A DNA stretch of 64,000 nucleotides, from NCBI GenBank assembly GCA_965209085.1, contig OZ242376.1, positions 1,280,001-1,344,000 on the forward strand. The letters are read 5' to 3'. The stretch is from Nitrosopumilaceae archaeon. Lineage in GTDB: Archaea > Thermoproteota > Nitrososphaeria > Nitrososphaerales > Nitrosopumilaceae. How positions within the stretch are numbered: the first letter of the stretch is position 1; each line of letters opens with the position of its first letter. Made by a program: the position numbers and the translations under genes. A model generated the notes under the pieces. The model was not told the DNA's origin, did no database searches, and saw only the letters and a program-made list of their open reading frames with translations. Below are positions 47,080 through 57,657 of this stretch, piece after piece.

Positions 47080-47343
47080 GTGTGTCAGTATGTTTTTGGT
47101 TATTTATCTAGGTTATGATATGCTCTCAGATTATAGGCGCGCTAGGATGGCTCCACTTGCCAATTTTACAGATTTGTGGGCAATTATTGCATGCGTCAGG
47201 TTGTTCTGCGGTTTGCCAGCATTTGCTTTTGCGCCATAATTTGGCGTGTTTTTGCCCGTATTGGGCAAGGGTAAAAAAGATAAAACACATTCAGATTAGG
47301 TTTGAATTTTGATTGTGCCATGATGCGGAATTTTTATCCGCAT

Positions 47344-47982
47344 TTAATTTTCATATACAATGCGCGCAATCTGTTTGCATATCTGCGGTTTTTCCCCAAG
47401 TTTCAAACAATATTTTACATCATCCATAGAATCAATATCTGCCATCACCCTCCGCTGATATACGAGCATGGGATTCAAACCATGTTTGCGCGCCTCATCC
47501 ATGTGCATACGGTAGCTTCCCTCATCGTATCTTGTCAGCATAAAGTCAGGGGGGGAGCGCAGTAGTGCGTTTGTTCCATCAAGCAATCGCGATGGAACGA
47601 CTGTAACATACGGCGGTTTGCCGGACAAACGTACAAGCTCGTCCACATCAGATGGCATCAAAAGTGGAATATCCTGCGGCACCACAAGCAGGCAGTCAAA
47701 CCCGCCGGCGGCACAGTGTTTTGCACCCAACGCCACCGCCTCGTTTACTCCGGATTCAGAATCATCGCGTATTATTTCCGCTCCAAATTCCAAAGCTGCT
47801 AATTCTGCTGCAGGTTCTTTTGAGACTATGACAATAGAGCTTACAGCAGATGATTTATCCAATGCCCCTAAAACTTCGTGCAGCATCAAAGTGCACAAAG
47901 CGGCGGTTTTATCACCTCCAAGTCCGAGCCGAGATTTTGCCCGCTCAAAAGTCTTCACAGGAACAATTGCTGCAACTTTCAA
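47344..47982 (-). CDS. cofC: 2-phospho-L-lactate guanylyltransferase CofC
   Basis: VPVK..AKSRL, DIPLL, GTNAL, DIDSMDD. Confidence 0.92.
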   Translation of the reverse strand: MKVAAIVPVKTFERAKSRLGLGGDKTAALCTLMLHEVLGALDKSSAVSSIVIVSKEPAAELAALEFGAEIIRDDSESGVNEAVALGAKHCAAGGFDCLLVVPQDIPLLMPSDVDELVRLSGKPPYVTVVPSRLLDGTNALLRSPPDFMLTRYDEGSYRMHMDEARKHGLNPMLVYQRRVMADIDSMDDVKYCLKLGEKPQICKQIARIVYEN

Positions 47983-47983
47983 C

Positions 47984-48904
47984 TCAGATCTTTACTTGTT
48001 TTATCAGAAATGATGCCAAGGCTTCCTCTGCGGCGAGTGTTTTCATTGTTATTTTTGTCTCATATACTTGCATTTCCTGTTCGCGTATTTTTGTAGAGAG
48101 TTTTTTATCTTTGTTATCTATTATCATGTGTCTGCATACAGAAGAATACATTTTTGACAATCCCAGTGCGCTAGGTTCTATTCCCGCAGCCCTCATGTAT
48201 TCGGCGGCAGGACCACTTATCGCTTCTGTTCCTATAAACGGACTTACTGCAACGGTTTTTTTCTTTGCTTTTGTAAGCTCTTTGTACAATCCTTTCATCT
48301 CCAACATTGGTCCGATGCTTGTAAGAGGATTTCCCGGTGCCAATACCACCATTGAGGCGTTTTGTATTGCGTTTATCGCCTCCGGATTTGGACGTGCCTT
48401 TTCTATTCCAACATATCTTATGCCCTGTACTTTTTCCTTGCCACGGTGTTTTACCCAAAATTCCTGCAGATGCATTTCGCCTTTTGGCGTTGTTATGCGC
48501 GTCTCTACATTGTTATCAGTCATTGGAATAATCTTTGTTCCAACCGCGAATTTTTTACAAATCCAGTCGGTGATAAATCCCAAATTTTTGCCATCTTTAA
48601 GCATATTTGTGCGTATAAGATTTGTGGCAGCATCTCTATCCCCCATACGGAACCACGTCTCTTCGCCAAAAACTTCCATTTGACGCAGAAAATTAAACGA
48701 GTCATTTTTTATCCCCCAGCTGCGCTTGTAGTCCAAAAGATCGGCCAGTCCGTAAATCATCGTGTCAATGTCAGGGCAAACGTACATGCCATATACCCAG
48801 TAATTATCGCCCACGTTACTAATTACGCATACGTCGTTTTCCTGAGCCACAAGACCGCGTACAAGTTTTACAGAGCCGGTTCCGCCGGCAAGTACAGTTA
48901 TCAT
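47984..48904 (-). CDS. cofD: 2-phospho-L-lactate transferase CofD
   Basis: LAGGTG, CPDIDT, GDRD, PGNP..SIGP, SGPA. Confidence 0.93.
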   Translation of the reverse strand: MITVLAGGTGSVKLVRGLVAQENDVCVISNVGDNYWVYGMYVCPDIDTMIYGLADLLDYKRSWGIKNDSFNFLRQMEVFGEETWFRMGDRDAATNLIRTNMLKDGKNLGFITDWICKKFAVGTKIIPMTDNNVETRITTPKGEMHLQEFWVKHRGKEKVQGIRYVGIEKARPNPEAINAIQNASMVVLAPGNPLTSIGPMLEMKGLYKELTKAKKKTVAVSPFIGTEAISGPAAEYMRAAGIEPSALGLSKMYSSVCRHMIIDNKDKKLSTKIREQEMQVYETKITMKTLAAEEALASFLIKQVKI

Positions 48905-48988
48905 TTTTACCTAGAGATATTTTGCTTTTTGATGCTACATATTACCTTTTTTAAAAAAGGCAAAACAAGGTAGGTTTATTACTTGTAA

Positions 48989-50362
48989 TTGATCGGTCTA
49001 GGCGTGAATGTCAAATTTGCCTCAATTATGATCGCACTAGTTTGTATTATTATGACAGGTGGGGTACAACCCGCGCTTGGCGCCCAATTAGAGTCAACGT
49101 TGGATCCGGACAAGGATGAATCCAGATTTAAAATCCTATATCAGAGAACGCTCAGCATTGACTATAGTAATGGCGGAGAGATTGCAGAACTGATGCGTGG
49201 AGTCGTTGTTGATGAAAGTGTTTCGGCAACATCTCCAAACAAGGATTTAGATCAAATCATAAACATGTTAAATGAAAACATTCTAAGAGAGAAAAGCACG
49301 GCCAGAATAAATGATTTGGATTTGACATATAGTGTGTCGATTAATGGCAGAGCCGACAGGGCAAACATAGATTATCGCGTATTGTTGGAAGGGGACATAT
49401 CCAACTATAGAATAGGCGATAGAGACAGCGAAGGAAGACAGCTAATTGATCTTGGTTGGAGAGGGATTTCCGCATATGGACCAATAATCGTAGACGGAGT
49501 TGAAGTAAATATGCCAATATCTGCAATAAAGACATACGTTCCAGGTGTCTATGAAATGATTCGTGGTACGGATGCGGATACTCTGCTCTCAAAACCCATA
49601 ATGAATGGCGATGATATTTTGAGACAAAAGTTAGACAGTTGGCACTTTTTATTTGATCCTACAGGAATTACTGTAGATGCAGGCACGTTTAAATTGGATG
49701 AGTCAATATCAGGTATTGTATTATCTACATATACAATGGGAGAGAGCAGTATCAGGGAAGGTATAAAGACGGAACAAGAGGAAACGATAATACTTGATCT
49801 TGACAGAGAATATTCGTTTAAAACAATCCAGTCCTCAGATAGTGCGAGTCTTACCGTAATTGGATTTTCATCACTAGGTGTACTACAGGGTTTGGAAATT
49901 GTAGGGGTTACGGATGAAAATATTGGCGTTGATGCAGCCACCGGCGACTTTCCTGCACTCATAATATACGGAATGGCAGGTATGGCAGTAATAGGAGGCA
50001 CTGTCTTTTTCATCATAAGCGGCAGGCAACTCAAAAGAGAAGGTCAGGAACAGACAGGGATAGACCCATCAAGACTTACAGGATATCAGACTAGTGCAAG
50101 TGCTGGCGGATATCAGACAAACAGAGGCGAGGCGCAGCTTACAGAGGCAGGAAACTACAAGGAGCACCAAAATGTTTACAATGATACCAATTCTGAAAAC
50201 CTGCCGGCGCAGATAACACATTCGGATGCAGCATGCGGATGCGCCGCATCTGTGGAAATGGGTTCAGAATGCGACTGTGTAATGCAAGATTCTTGCCTGT
50301 GTGATGGTACATGCGACTGTAATGCAGAACTTTGCAAAGAAAACGCCAGTGCAATGAGATAA
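48989..50362 (+). CDS. Cell-surface/membrane protein with C-terminal Cys-rich tail
   Basis: Signal peptide, TM near residue 330, cytoplasmic tail with eight Cys. Confidence 0.75.
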   Translation: MIGLGVNVKFASIMIALVCIIMTGGVQPALGAQLESTLDPDKDESRFKILYQRTLSIDYSNGGEIAELMRGVVVDESVSATSPNKDLDQIINMLNENILREKSTARINDLDLTYSVSINGRADRANIDYRVLLEGDISNYRIGDRDSEGRQLIDLGWRGISAYGPIIVDGVEVNMPISAIKTYVPGVYEMIRGTDADTLLSKPIMNGDDILRQKLDSWHFLFDPTGITVDAGTFKLDESISGIVLSTYTMGESSIREGIKTEQEETIILDLDREYSFKTIQSSDSASLTVIGFSSLGVLQGLEIVGVTDENIGVDAATGDFPALIIYGMAGMAVIGGTVFFIISGRQLKREGQEQTGIDPSRLTGYQTSASAGGYQTNRGEAQLTEAGNYKEHQNVYNDTNSENLPAQITHSDAACGCAASVEMGSECDCVMQDSCLCDGTCDCNAELCKENASAMR

Positions 50363-50370
50363 AAAAAAAT

Positions 50371-50655
50371 CGGGCGTGCCGGGAGTAACCCTCCTTTTGT
50401 TTTCACGATATTTCGCTTTGCAGCCTACCTGAACCATGCACAGAAACTCGGTTCTGTTTGGCCTTTCTCCATGCGGGTCAGATTTTCCATTCCGACCATC
50501 CGGAAACCTCAGGTTTTACCCTCATAGTACGCCGGTGCGGATTTTTTTCTGTGCTGTTGCCGATCATCTCTGACCACCCATCTCCAGGTCGCATCTTCTG
50601 TGAGGAGGGAGGAGTTTCCTCTGCCGTAGCAGTGTTTCGTGCTCCGGCTCGCCCA
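50371..50655 (-). ncRNA. rnpB: RNase P RNA (archaeal)
   Basis: Minus strand GAGGAAACTCC (CR-I) and AAACAAAAGGAGGGTTACT (CR-V, pairs in P4); P1 GGGCGAGCCGG..CCGGCACGCCC. Confidence 0.9.
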
Positions 50656-50750
50656 CATATCTTAAACAACACAGTGATTTTAATATTTCCAGGTACAAGA
50701 TGCGCTTTTTGGTCTAAACGCGTCTGTAAAATCCCGCATGTGTTATTATT

Positions 50751-51587
50751 ATGCAGTATTTGATGCAAAGTGTGCAGAATGCAAAATCGCTTGAAGAATA
50801 CATATCTGTGTTAAAATCAGAATTTGCATCATCGTATATAAAAAAAGCGCATCTTTACGAAGCTCTTCCAAATGATGCATCAGGCATACCGGACATCTCT
50901 CAAAAAGATTTGGATGCGCTGCATAAATTCATAAAGTCCAATCCCATATATGAAAATTCTTACGAATCCATAATTGCGGAAACTTGTTGCACCGTATACG
51001 AGGGCGACATGAACTCATATTGGCTTGACAGCATAAAGCATGATGCAAGTTATGCCCTGTTTTATCCAACATGGGTTATTTCAGCTTGCGCGCTAATCAA
51101 AGCTGCAGATGCGATGGGAATAAAACATGTCGTAGACATTGGTTCCGGTGATGGACGTATAGCATATTGTTCTAGTATTGCAGGAATTGAGACGTATTCG
51201 GTGGAAATTGATGAAAATCTTGCAGCACTCCAGAAAAAAATATGCAGTGATACAGGTGTGCGTTTTGAAATAAAATGCGGCGATGCCACACAGATGAATT
51301 ATCCAATTTTTGATCAGGCGGTGTTTTTCATAGGCAGCATTCCGGAAATTGGTGAAATGCTTGCCAAAGGCGTGATCAAAAAAACATTACAATCAAGCAA
51401 CCAAGTTTACGTGCTTTCAGGAACCCAAATCATGCGTAAAAACGGCAGAAATGCATCCGTATACGGATGGGGTCCACTTTTAGAAGAATTTGATCTAAAA
51501 CCTGTCAAGACTCTGATTTTGCCAACCAGATGGACAGTAGAGCATCCAGAAGATACGCCGTATGTTTTTGCCGTAAAAAATGAATGA
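50751..51587 (+). CDS. SAM-dependent methyltransferase-like protein
   Basis: VVDIGSGDGR motif I; VEID. Confidence 0.75.
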   Translation: MQYLMQSVQNAKSLEEYISVLKSEFASSYIKKAHLYEALPNDASGIPDISQKDLDALHKFIKSNPIYENSYESIIAETCCTVYEGDMNSYWLDSIKHDASYALFYPTWVISACALIKAADAMGIKHVVDIGSGDGRIAYCSSIAGIETYSVEIDENLAALQKKICSDTGVRFEIKCGDATQMNYPIFDQAVFFIGSIPEIGEMLAKGVIKKTLQSSNQVYVLSGTQIMRKNGRNASVYGWGPLLEEFDLKPVKTLILPTRWTVEHPEDTPYVFAVKNE

Positions 51588-51673
51588 ATGTTTTAGACTT
51601 GTGTTGCGGCAATTTTACTGGCGCACATACTAGATGAAAAAATAATACGCGCGTCCCAAAAGAGAAAGTGCTA

Positions 51674-52459
51674 TTATTGTGCCCGCATTCGTGCCAGCCA
51701 GTCAGATTCTGTAGGAATGTGCTGCGTATCCGCAGTAGGCGTTTGGGCCTGTTGTGGTGTAGTTGACTCTGGTGGTTCTGGCATTGTTACGTTCATTGGC
51801 ACTTTTGGGAGTGTCGTTTCCGCTTCTGGGACTGATTCACCTGGCTGAGCGCAGAGCGTTTGCTCCACCTCAGTGTCAAGATTCTCCAGCCTTTGCTGTA
51901 CGCGTTTAATTTCAGAGATTTCGTTTTGCATGTGTTCTTCAAGACTTTTTGTTTGCTCACATACTGTAGAAAATGCAGTCTCGGCCATCTCGCCACTTTT
52001 TGACTGGATTCGGGCATCAAAGACGATTACCTTTACCGCTTTTAGCTGCTCATCCAGTTGCGAGAGCCTTGAATTCAGATCTGCATCAATTTCCCGGTGC
52101 ATGGATTCAAACGAAGTTATTTTTGTACGGTATTTTGCATGTACTAGGGACGCATCTTCTTTCATCTCGTCATTATCTGAGACAATGTCGATTATTGCTC
52201 GAAGCCTTCGCAGAGTCATTCCTTTCTCACGTAGCATTTTTTGTGAATCCAATCTCCATTTTGGTATGAAGATGATCACATCATCTTGTACTACAAGTTG
52301 AGAGTAGGGAATCTGCATCAGCCCAGAGTGTCCGCAGTCGACACCTACCGTATGCACACTGCCGTCGATGTCGGTCAGCGTTCCCACGGTTGTGCCCATG
52401 ATTGAACCGTACATGTCTTTTACAGATTTGCCGATTATCTCCGCGTTGTGGTTGCTCAT
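51674..52459 (-). CDS. cdvA: Cell division protein CdvA
   Basis: IGKSVKDMYG PRC-barrel N-terminus, IPKW, coiled coil. Confidence 0.85.
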   Translation of the reverse strand: MSNHNAEIIGKSVKDMYGSIMGTTVGTLTDIDGSVHTVGVDCGHSGLMQIPYSQLVVQDDVIIFIPKWRLDSQKMLREKGMTLRRLRAIIDIVSDNDEMKEDASLVHAKYRTKITSFESMHREIDADLNSRLSQLDEQLKAVKVIVFDARIQSKSGEMAETAFSTVCEQTKSLEEHMQNEISEIKRVQQRLENLDTEVEQTLCAQPGESVPEAETTLPKVPMNVTMPEPPESTTPQQAQTPTADTQHIPTESDWLARMRAQ

Positions 52460-52557
52460 AACTAGAATTGTATGATCTCAATAATACGACCTATGTCACC
52501 AACCTTTGTGAATTTAGTCAATAATAGCTCCACGCAGAGCGGTTTTTATGCAATAAA

Positions 52558-52881
52558 GTGATGCAATACATCATGATAGGAATAGACGAGATGAATCAGA
52601 TACTTGGGTTTGTCTCAAAACGCTGGGAAGAGATGGCCACAAATCCTGAAAACCGTTCCATGCAGACCCTGCCGAGCAATTTTTGGATGAATTCTGTAGG
52701 AGGTAAAGCTGGAAATGGCAGATGGATAACGGCCCTAATGTATACTGAAAGTGATGCGGATGCGCAAGCATTCAAGGATGTGCTGCTACGGTGGCAGACA
52801 AAGGGAATTGAATCTACAAAAGCACCGGATCTGATACAGATTGGCAGCAGCAAAGAAAATCAGGACAGTATGCGGCAGTGA
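52558..52881 (+). CDS. Hypothetical protein
   Basis: 107-aa ORF upstream of thyX. Confidence 0.55.
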   Translation: MMQYIMIGIDEMNQILGFVSKRWEEMATNPENRSMQTLPSNFWMNSVGGKAGNGRWITALMYTESDADAQAFKDVLLRWQTKGIESTKAPDLIQIGSSKENQDSMRQ

Positions 52882-52885
52882 GTGC

Positions 52886-54499
52886 ATGGCTCAAAAGTTT
52901 ACGCGAAAAGAAAAATCAGATCTAAAAAATCATTTTTCAAACACGGATGCAAACGTGTTTGCAATTACAACCCCGCAACAGGTAGACCGAGGAGCTCTCA
53001 TGTCAAGGTACAGCAGAACCGACAAGGACATGCGGCGCGTTTTTTTGGACGAGTTTTTGGCCAATAAAAAAAGAGGTGAAGAATTTTACCGGCGCGTGTT
53101 AATCGAATACGGCGATGATTCTGTTGCAGAGCTTGGATCAGCCCAAATTGCAGCCGAGGGCATATCAAACATTGCGGTAAAAAAAATTGAAGATCGCCGC
53201 ATAGGGTTGTCATATCTTGAAAAATCTTCAAGGTACGTCCCGTGGGATAAAAAACGTGCAGGCAAATACAGGTTTTACAGGGATGCAGATATTGCAGAAT
53301 CAAGATATGCAGATTCCTACGAGGATGCATGTAATTTGGATTTTGAAACGTATTCAAAGTTTCTAAAACCCATGTTGCAGTACATTAGGGAAAAATATCC
53401 GATAGAAAAATACGCGTTTAAAAATCATTCTGGCAGGAATGTTTCTTTTGCAAAGTTGCGCGATTCGTATGATATAAAATCCGCAAATGCCATCTACAAC
53501 GGCTCCACTAGGGCAAAAGCGCTGGACATACTGAGGGGACTTTTGCCAGCATCCACGCTGACAAACGTCGGAATTACAGGGAACGGCCGCGCTTTTGAAT
53601 ACCTGCTGACTGTAATGTACGGCTCTGCGCTAAAAGAGGAAAAATTGCTTGCCGCACATATGCATAAAGAGCTTGGCAAGACAATTGGTCCGTTTGTCAA
53701 AAGGGCCGGAGACGAATACGGCAGGCGTACCAGCGAATATCTGGCACGGTTAGGCACAGAATCAGCATCGCTTGCCAAAAAATATGCAGGTACAAAAAGA
53801 TCCGTCAGATGGCGTGCAAAGCTCATCGAATGTGAGCCGGAGGAAAAGGCGTTAAACCGCATTATATCAGCCATCATATACCAGGGATCATCTGGCGAGC
53901 CCCTCGAATACGCCGTGTCGGCTGCAAAAAAGATGTCTGTTGCCAAAAAAGCGTCCATCATTTTAAAATTCTCATCACTTAGAAACAACCGCAGGCAAAG
54001 ACCGCCGCGCGCCTTTGAGATGACAGAGTATACTTTTGACATGATAAATAATTTCGGCATGTTCCGTGACATGCACCGTCATCGGGCACTCACGCTTGGC
54101 AGACAGCTGTTAACTGCGGATCACGGATATTCTGTTCCAAAAGAGATTGATGAGATGAGTACAAGATCACAGTATACAGAATGCATGGAGAATACTCGGG
54201 ATGTTTTTAACAATATTCGCAGAAAACTGCCAGAGCAGGCCCAGTATGTTGTAAACTTTGCATACAATTATCCGTATTTTATGCGGTGCAATTTGCGCGA
54301 GGCTGTACACATAATCGAGATTCGCACAATACCGCAAGGTCATGCGGACTATCGCCTCGTGGCACAGGAAATGTTTGCACAAATAAAAAACAGGCATCCC
54401 AAACTTGCACGCATGATCAAATTTGCCGACACAAAGACGTATGATTTGGAAAGATTTGAATCAGAAAAACGCACAAATTCAAAAAAACGTGCACGGTAA
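52886..54499 (+). CDS. thyX: FAD-dependent thymidylate synthase (tandem Thy1 domains)
   Basis: [21 protein letters not shown]; start ATG 52886. Confidence 0.9.
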   Translation: MAQKFTRKEKSDLKNHFSNTDANVFAITTPQQVDRGALMSRYSRTDKDMRRVFLDEFLANKKRGEEFYRRVLIEYGDDSVAELGSAQIAAEGISNIAVKKIEDRRIGLSYLEKSSRYVPWDKKRAGKYRFYRDADIAESRYADSYEDACNLDFETYSKFLKPMLQYIREKYPIEKYAFKNHSGRNVSFAKLRDSYDIKSANAIYNGSTRAKALDILRGLLPASTLTNVGITGNGRAFEYLLTVMYGSALKEEKLLAAHMHKELGKTIGPFVKRAGDEYGRRTSEYLARLGTESASLAKKYAGTKRSVRWRAKLIECEPEEKALNRIISAIIYQGSSGEPLEYAVSAAKKMSVAKKASIILKFSSLRNNRRQRPPRAFEMTEYTFDMINNFGMFRDMHRHRALTLGRQLLTADHGYSVPKEIDEMSTRSQYTECMENTRDVFNNIRRKLPEQAQYVVNFAYNYPYFMRCNLREAVHIIEIRTIPQGHADYRLVAQEMFAQIKNRHPKLARMIKFADTKTYDLERFESEKRTNSKKRAR

Positions 54500-54508
54500 A
54501 GACACAAA

Positions 54509-54928
54509 TTGCCCATTATGTGCAATATACGCATGGACAGTGAATTTGCCAAATCATTAAAAGCAAAACTGGATCCGGCCCAATACGAGATATGCGTAAA
54601 CAAGGGAACAGAGCCGGCGTTTACCGGCAAATATCACGACAGCAAAGAACCCGGAACATATCGGTGTGTTTGCTGCAATGCGGTTCTTTTCAAATCGGAT
54701 AAAAAATTCAATTCTGGAACAGGCTGGCCCAGTTTTTCAGATGCAGCAGACAAAGACAATGTAGAGTGTATAGAGGATGCCAGTTTTGGCATGCTGCGCA
54801 CAGAGGCAAACTGTAAAAAATGTGGCGCCCATCTAGGACACGTATTTGATGATGGTCCGCAGCCCACAAATCTCAGATACTGCATAAATTCAGCCTCGCT
54901 GGATTTTGAAAAAAAGAACGCCCCATAG
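54509..54928 (+). CDS. msrB: Peptide-methionine (R)-S-oxide reductase
   Basis: [30 protein letters not shown]. Confidence 0.96.
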   Translation: MPIMCNIRMDSEFAKSLKAKLDPAQYEICVNKGTEPAFTGKYHDSKEPGTYRCVCCNAVLFKSDKKFNSGTGWPSFSDAADKDNVECIEDASFGMLRTEANCKKCGAHLGHVFDDGPQPTNLRYCINSASLDFEKKNAP

Positions 54929-55026
54929 TGGAAGAATCAAGATTTGCACACAATTGCGGCAATTTTTGTAAATGGTATATTCCATGCAATCTTAATGTTA
55001 ATAATATTGCAAAGTAATCACAGTTT

Positions 55027-56031
55027 ATGCGCATAATATTGTGTGGTTTTGGAGCGGTTGGACAGAGTCTTGCATCCCTGTTTGAATCCAGAGCCAAAGA
55101 ATTGTACGATATGCACGGCCTGCGTCCACGTATCGTAGGGGTTTTTGACAGCAAAGGGGCCGCATTCCAAAGTTCTGGACTGGATCCTGGAAAACTTGTC
55201 AGGATAAAAAAATCAAAAGGCACTGTAGGGGCATACGGGGGAAAGATTGCAGGAGGGTTGGACATGATAGAATCAGTAGATGCGGACGTTCTAGTTGAAA
55301 CCACTGCAAGCAATTACAATGATGCAGAACCGGGCATGAGTCACATCATGGCCGCAATGAGGCGCGGTATGCACGTAATATCTGTAAACAAAGGACCCCT
55401 TGCCCTGGCATTTCCGTCTCTTTTAGAGCTTGCAGAACACAACGGTGTAAAGATTAGATTTAGCGGAACGGTCGGAGGCGGAACCCCGATACTGGATTAT
55501 GCAAAGAACAGTCTGCACGGGGAACGCATAACGTCATTTTCCGGAATATTAAACGGCACTACAAACTATATTCTCACAAACATGTCAGGAGGAATGTCTT
55601 TTGATAACGCACTAGCAGATGCCAAAGGACGCGGTTACGTGGAGGCAGACGAATCACTTGATCTTGACGGATTTGATGCTGCAGCAAAACTTACGATACT
55701 TGCAAACTGGGTAATGGATATGCGCGTTACCTTACAGGACATAGACAGAACTGGAATACGCAATGTGGACATTTCTGATGTAAAAGCAGCAGAAAAGAAA
55801 AATTCTGCCATAAAGCTTGTTGCATCCTGCAACGGCGGACTGCGTGTGGCTCCCGTGGAGATACCAGTAGATGATCCGTTGTGTGTGAACGGCACTTTGA
55901 ATGCAATATCGTTTACATCCAAGCATTCTGGAACCCAGACGATCATAGGAAGGGGGGCAGGAGGTACTGAGACTGCAAGCTCTATTCTTCGGGATCTATT
56001 GGACATACGGAGGTCAGTATCCTCAAATTGA
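55027..56031 (+). CDS. hom: Homoserine dehydrogenase
   Basis: GFGAVG, NKGP, GILNGTTNYIL, DAAAK, GAGG. Confidence 0.95.
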   Translation: MRIILCGFGAVGQSLASLFESRAKELYDMHGLRPRIVGVFDSKGAAFQSSGLDPGKLVRIKKSKGTVGAYGGKIAGGLDMIESVDADVLVETTASNYNDAEPGMSHIMAAMRRGMHVISVNKGPLALAFPSLLELAEHNGVKIRFSGTVGGGTPILDYAKNSLHGERITSFSGILNGTTNYILTNMSGGMSFDNALADAKGRGYVEADESLDLDGFDAAAKLTILANWVMDMRVTLQDIDRTGIRNVDISDVKAAEKKNSAIKLVASCNGGLRVAPVEIPVDDPLCVNGTLNAISFTSKHSGTQTIIGRGAGGTETASSILRDLLDIRRSVSSN

Positions 56032-56504
56032 AGTCAAATCCCATATCCAAGAGTGAGTCATCACAGACCCTGCGCGATATAGCGTCCCAGTGGGGCACAG
56101 AGCCGCCAAAAATAAAAAATCTCATGGTGTATCATATAACAAATGATGCGCTGTATATCGCAGGTGAGGATCTAAAGGCGCTGAAAATTGGTAAAAAATA
56201 CGTGCCTTTTTTAACTGATACAAAAATACTTGAAAAATTTCCCCGCATTATTGTTGATATGGGCGCTGTGAAATTCGTATGCAACGGTGCAAACGTGATG
56301 CGTCCTGGAATTACAGGATTTTCAGGCGAGTTTGAAGCAGGGCAAATTGTATGCATAACAGAGGAATCAAAAAATATGTTTCTAGCAATCGGCATAGCGT
56401 CCGTGCCAAGCTCAGAGGCTCGCACAATGAAGAAAGGACAGGTTTTAGAAAACATTCACTATGTCTCAGACAGATACTGGGACATTGTAAGGAAAATTAA
56501 CTAG
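56028..56504 (+). CDS. PUA-domain RNA-binding protein
   Basis: VDMGAVKFVCNGANVMRPGI. Confidence 0.9.
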   Translation: MKSNPISKSESSQTLRDIASQWGTEPPKIKNLMVYHITNDALYIAGEDLKALKIGKKYVPFLTDTKILEKFPRIIVDMGAVKFVCNGANVMRPGITGFSGEFEAGQIVCITEESKNMFLAIGIASVPSSEARTMKKGQVLENIHYVSDRYWDIVRKIN

Positions 56505-57120
56505 TGGATACCTGCGGTATTTTAATGCCGTTTTTATCGATGACCATCAAATCAATTCCATCGCCGCTGAAAGAATCGCGCATTGTTGCAGAATGCACCG
56601 CCTTTGTAGCCATGTCCACTGCTTGCTGCTCTGAGAGACCTTGTTTGAATCCTGGATCAAGAACACCCAGTGCCATCTCAGCTCCTGTTCCGACTGCAGC
56701 GTATTCATCCGGCAGTACTGAACCAAGCGGGTCTAGCGTGCATAATATCGGTTTGTCCACAACGCCTCCGACAATAACCTGTGTCAAGAGGGGAAAGTAT
56801 CTGCGTTCATACATCATGTTTGACATCATTTTTGCAATCGTATTTGGAGGCACTTCTCTTTTCAGTTCCATGAGGCGTATTTTTGCCAAAGCGGATATCT
56901 GCAAGGAGAGTAATTGCATATCAGCTACAAGGCCGGCACATGCAGCTCCCACGTATTTGGTAATCTGGAATGTTTTTTTCGTGTTTTTACTCACAAGGAA
57001 ATTGCCGTATGCTATACGCCTCTCACTGGCAAAGACGATCCCATGATCAAAGGTAATGCCCACAGCCGTGGCGCCTGGCATGTACATATAAGACATGAAA
57101 TTTGGCTTCATTTTGCGCAA
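56497..57120 (-). CDS. psmB: Proteasome beta subunit
   Basis: GATAVGI, AGLVADMQ, DPLGS, RDSFSG. Confidence 0.92.
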   Translation of the reverse strand: MRKMKPNFMSYMYMPGATAVGITFDHGIVFASERRIAYGNFLVSKNTKKTFQITKYVGAACAGLVADMQLLSLQISALAKIRLMELKREVPPNTIAKMMSNMMYERRYFPLLTQVIVGGVVDKPILCTLDPLGSVLPDEYAAVGTGAEMALGVLDPGFKQGLSEQQAVDMATKAVHSATMRDSFSGDGIDLMVIDKNGIKIPQVSTS

Positions 57121-57237
57121 TTAAAGGGTTTACCGCACGTATGCGGTGCAGATTTCATCCAATACAGGGATTGTTTTACGATCAAAATTATAAAATATTT
57201 CAACTAGTTTTAATATATGCCATGAAAGGCATCAATT

Positions 57238-57657
57238 ATGACACAGGCAGGAATTGGCACAGGCATACTCTCGGATGCAGCATTCATGGGAATTCGCGCA
57301 TCTATTGGAGTCATATTTTTGATGCACGGGCTCTCAAAGCTTGGCAATGAAATGTATATCGGATGGATGTCCTCGTTTGGTCTCACTCCGGATATGGCCA
57401 TGCTCATAGCCATAGGAGAAATTGTTCCCGGAATACTGCTCATTGTGGGAGTTTTGTCAAGATTGTCAGCAGGCGTGCTTGCATCAATTATGGTCTCTGC
57501 GATATTTATCATAAAAGATCCGCAGATCATTACCGGAGAAAAGGGAATAGAGTTTGAACTCATCCTGCTTGCAGGAGCGCTTATGATTGCAGTTGCAGGT
57601 CCCGGAAGACTGTCCATATCTCATGCTGTAAAACGTATTCCAAGACTCGTGCATTAG
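57238..57657 (+). CDS. DoxX-family membrane protein
   Basis: R...G..F..HG..K; GPGRLS. Confidence 0.88.
   Translation: MTQAGIGTGILSDAAFMGIRASIGVIFLMHGLSKLGNEMYIGWMSSFGLTPDMAMLIAIGEIVPGILLIVGVLSRLSAGVLASIMVSAIFIIKDPQIITGEKGIEFELILLAGALMIAVAGPGRLSISHAVKRIPRLVH

Noticed and set aside
47100-47340. Intergenic gap with short ORFs, possibly an sRNA
   Set aside because: No convincing coding signal, tRNA fold or C/D box pair
50371-50655. Possible SRP RNA
   Set aside because: CR-I/CR-V motifs identify RNase P RNA instead
50458-50768. ORFs of 96-101 aa on both strands
   Set aside because: They overlap the RNase P RNA gene and are spurious
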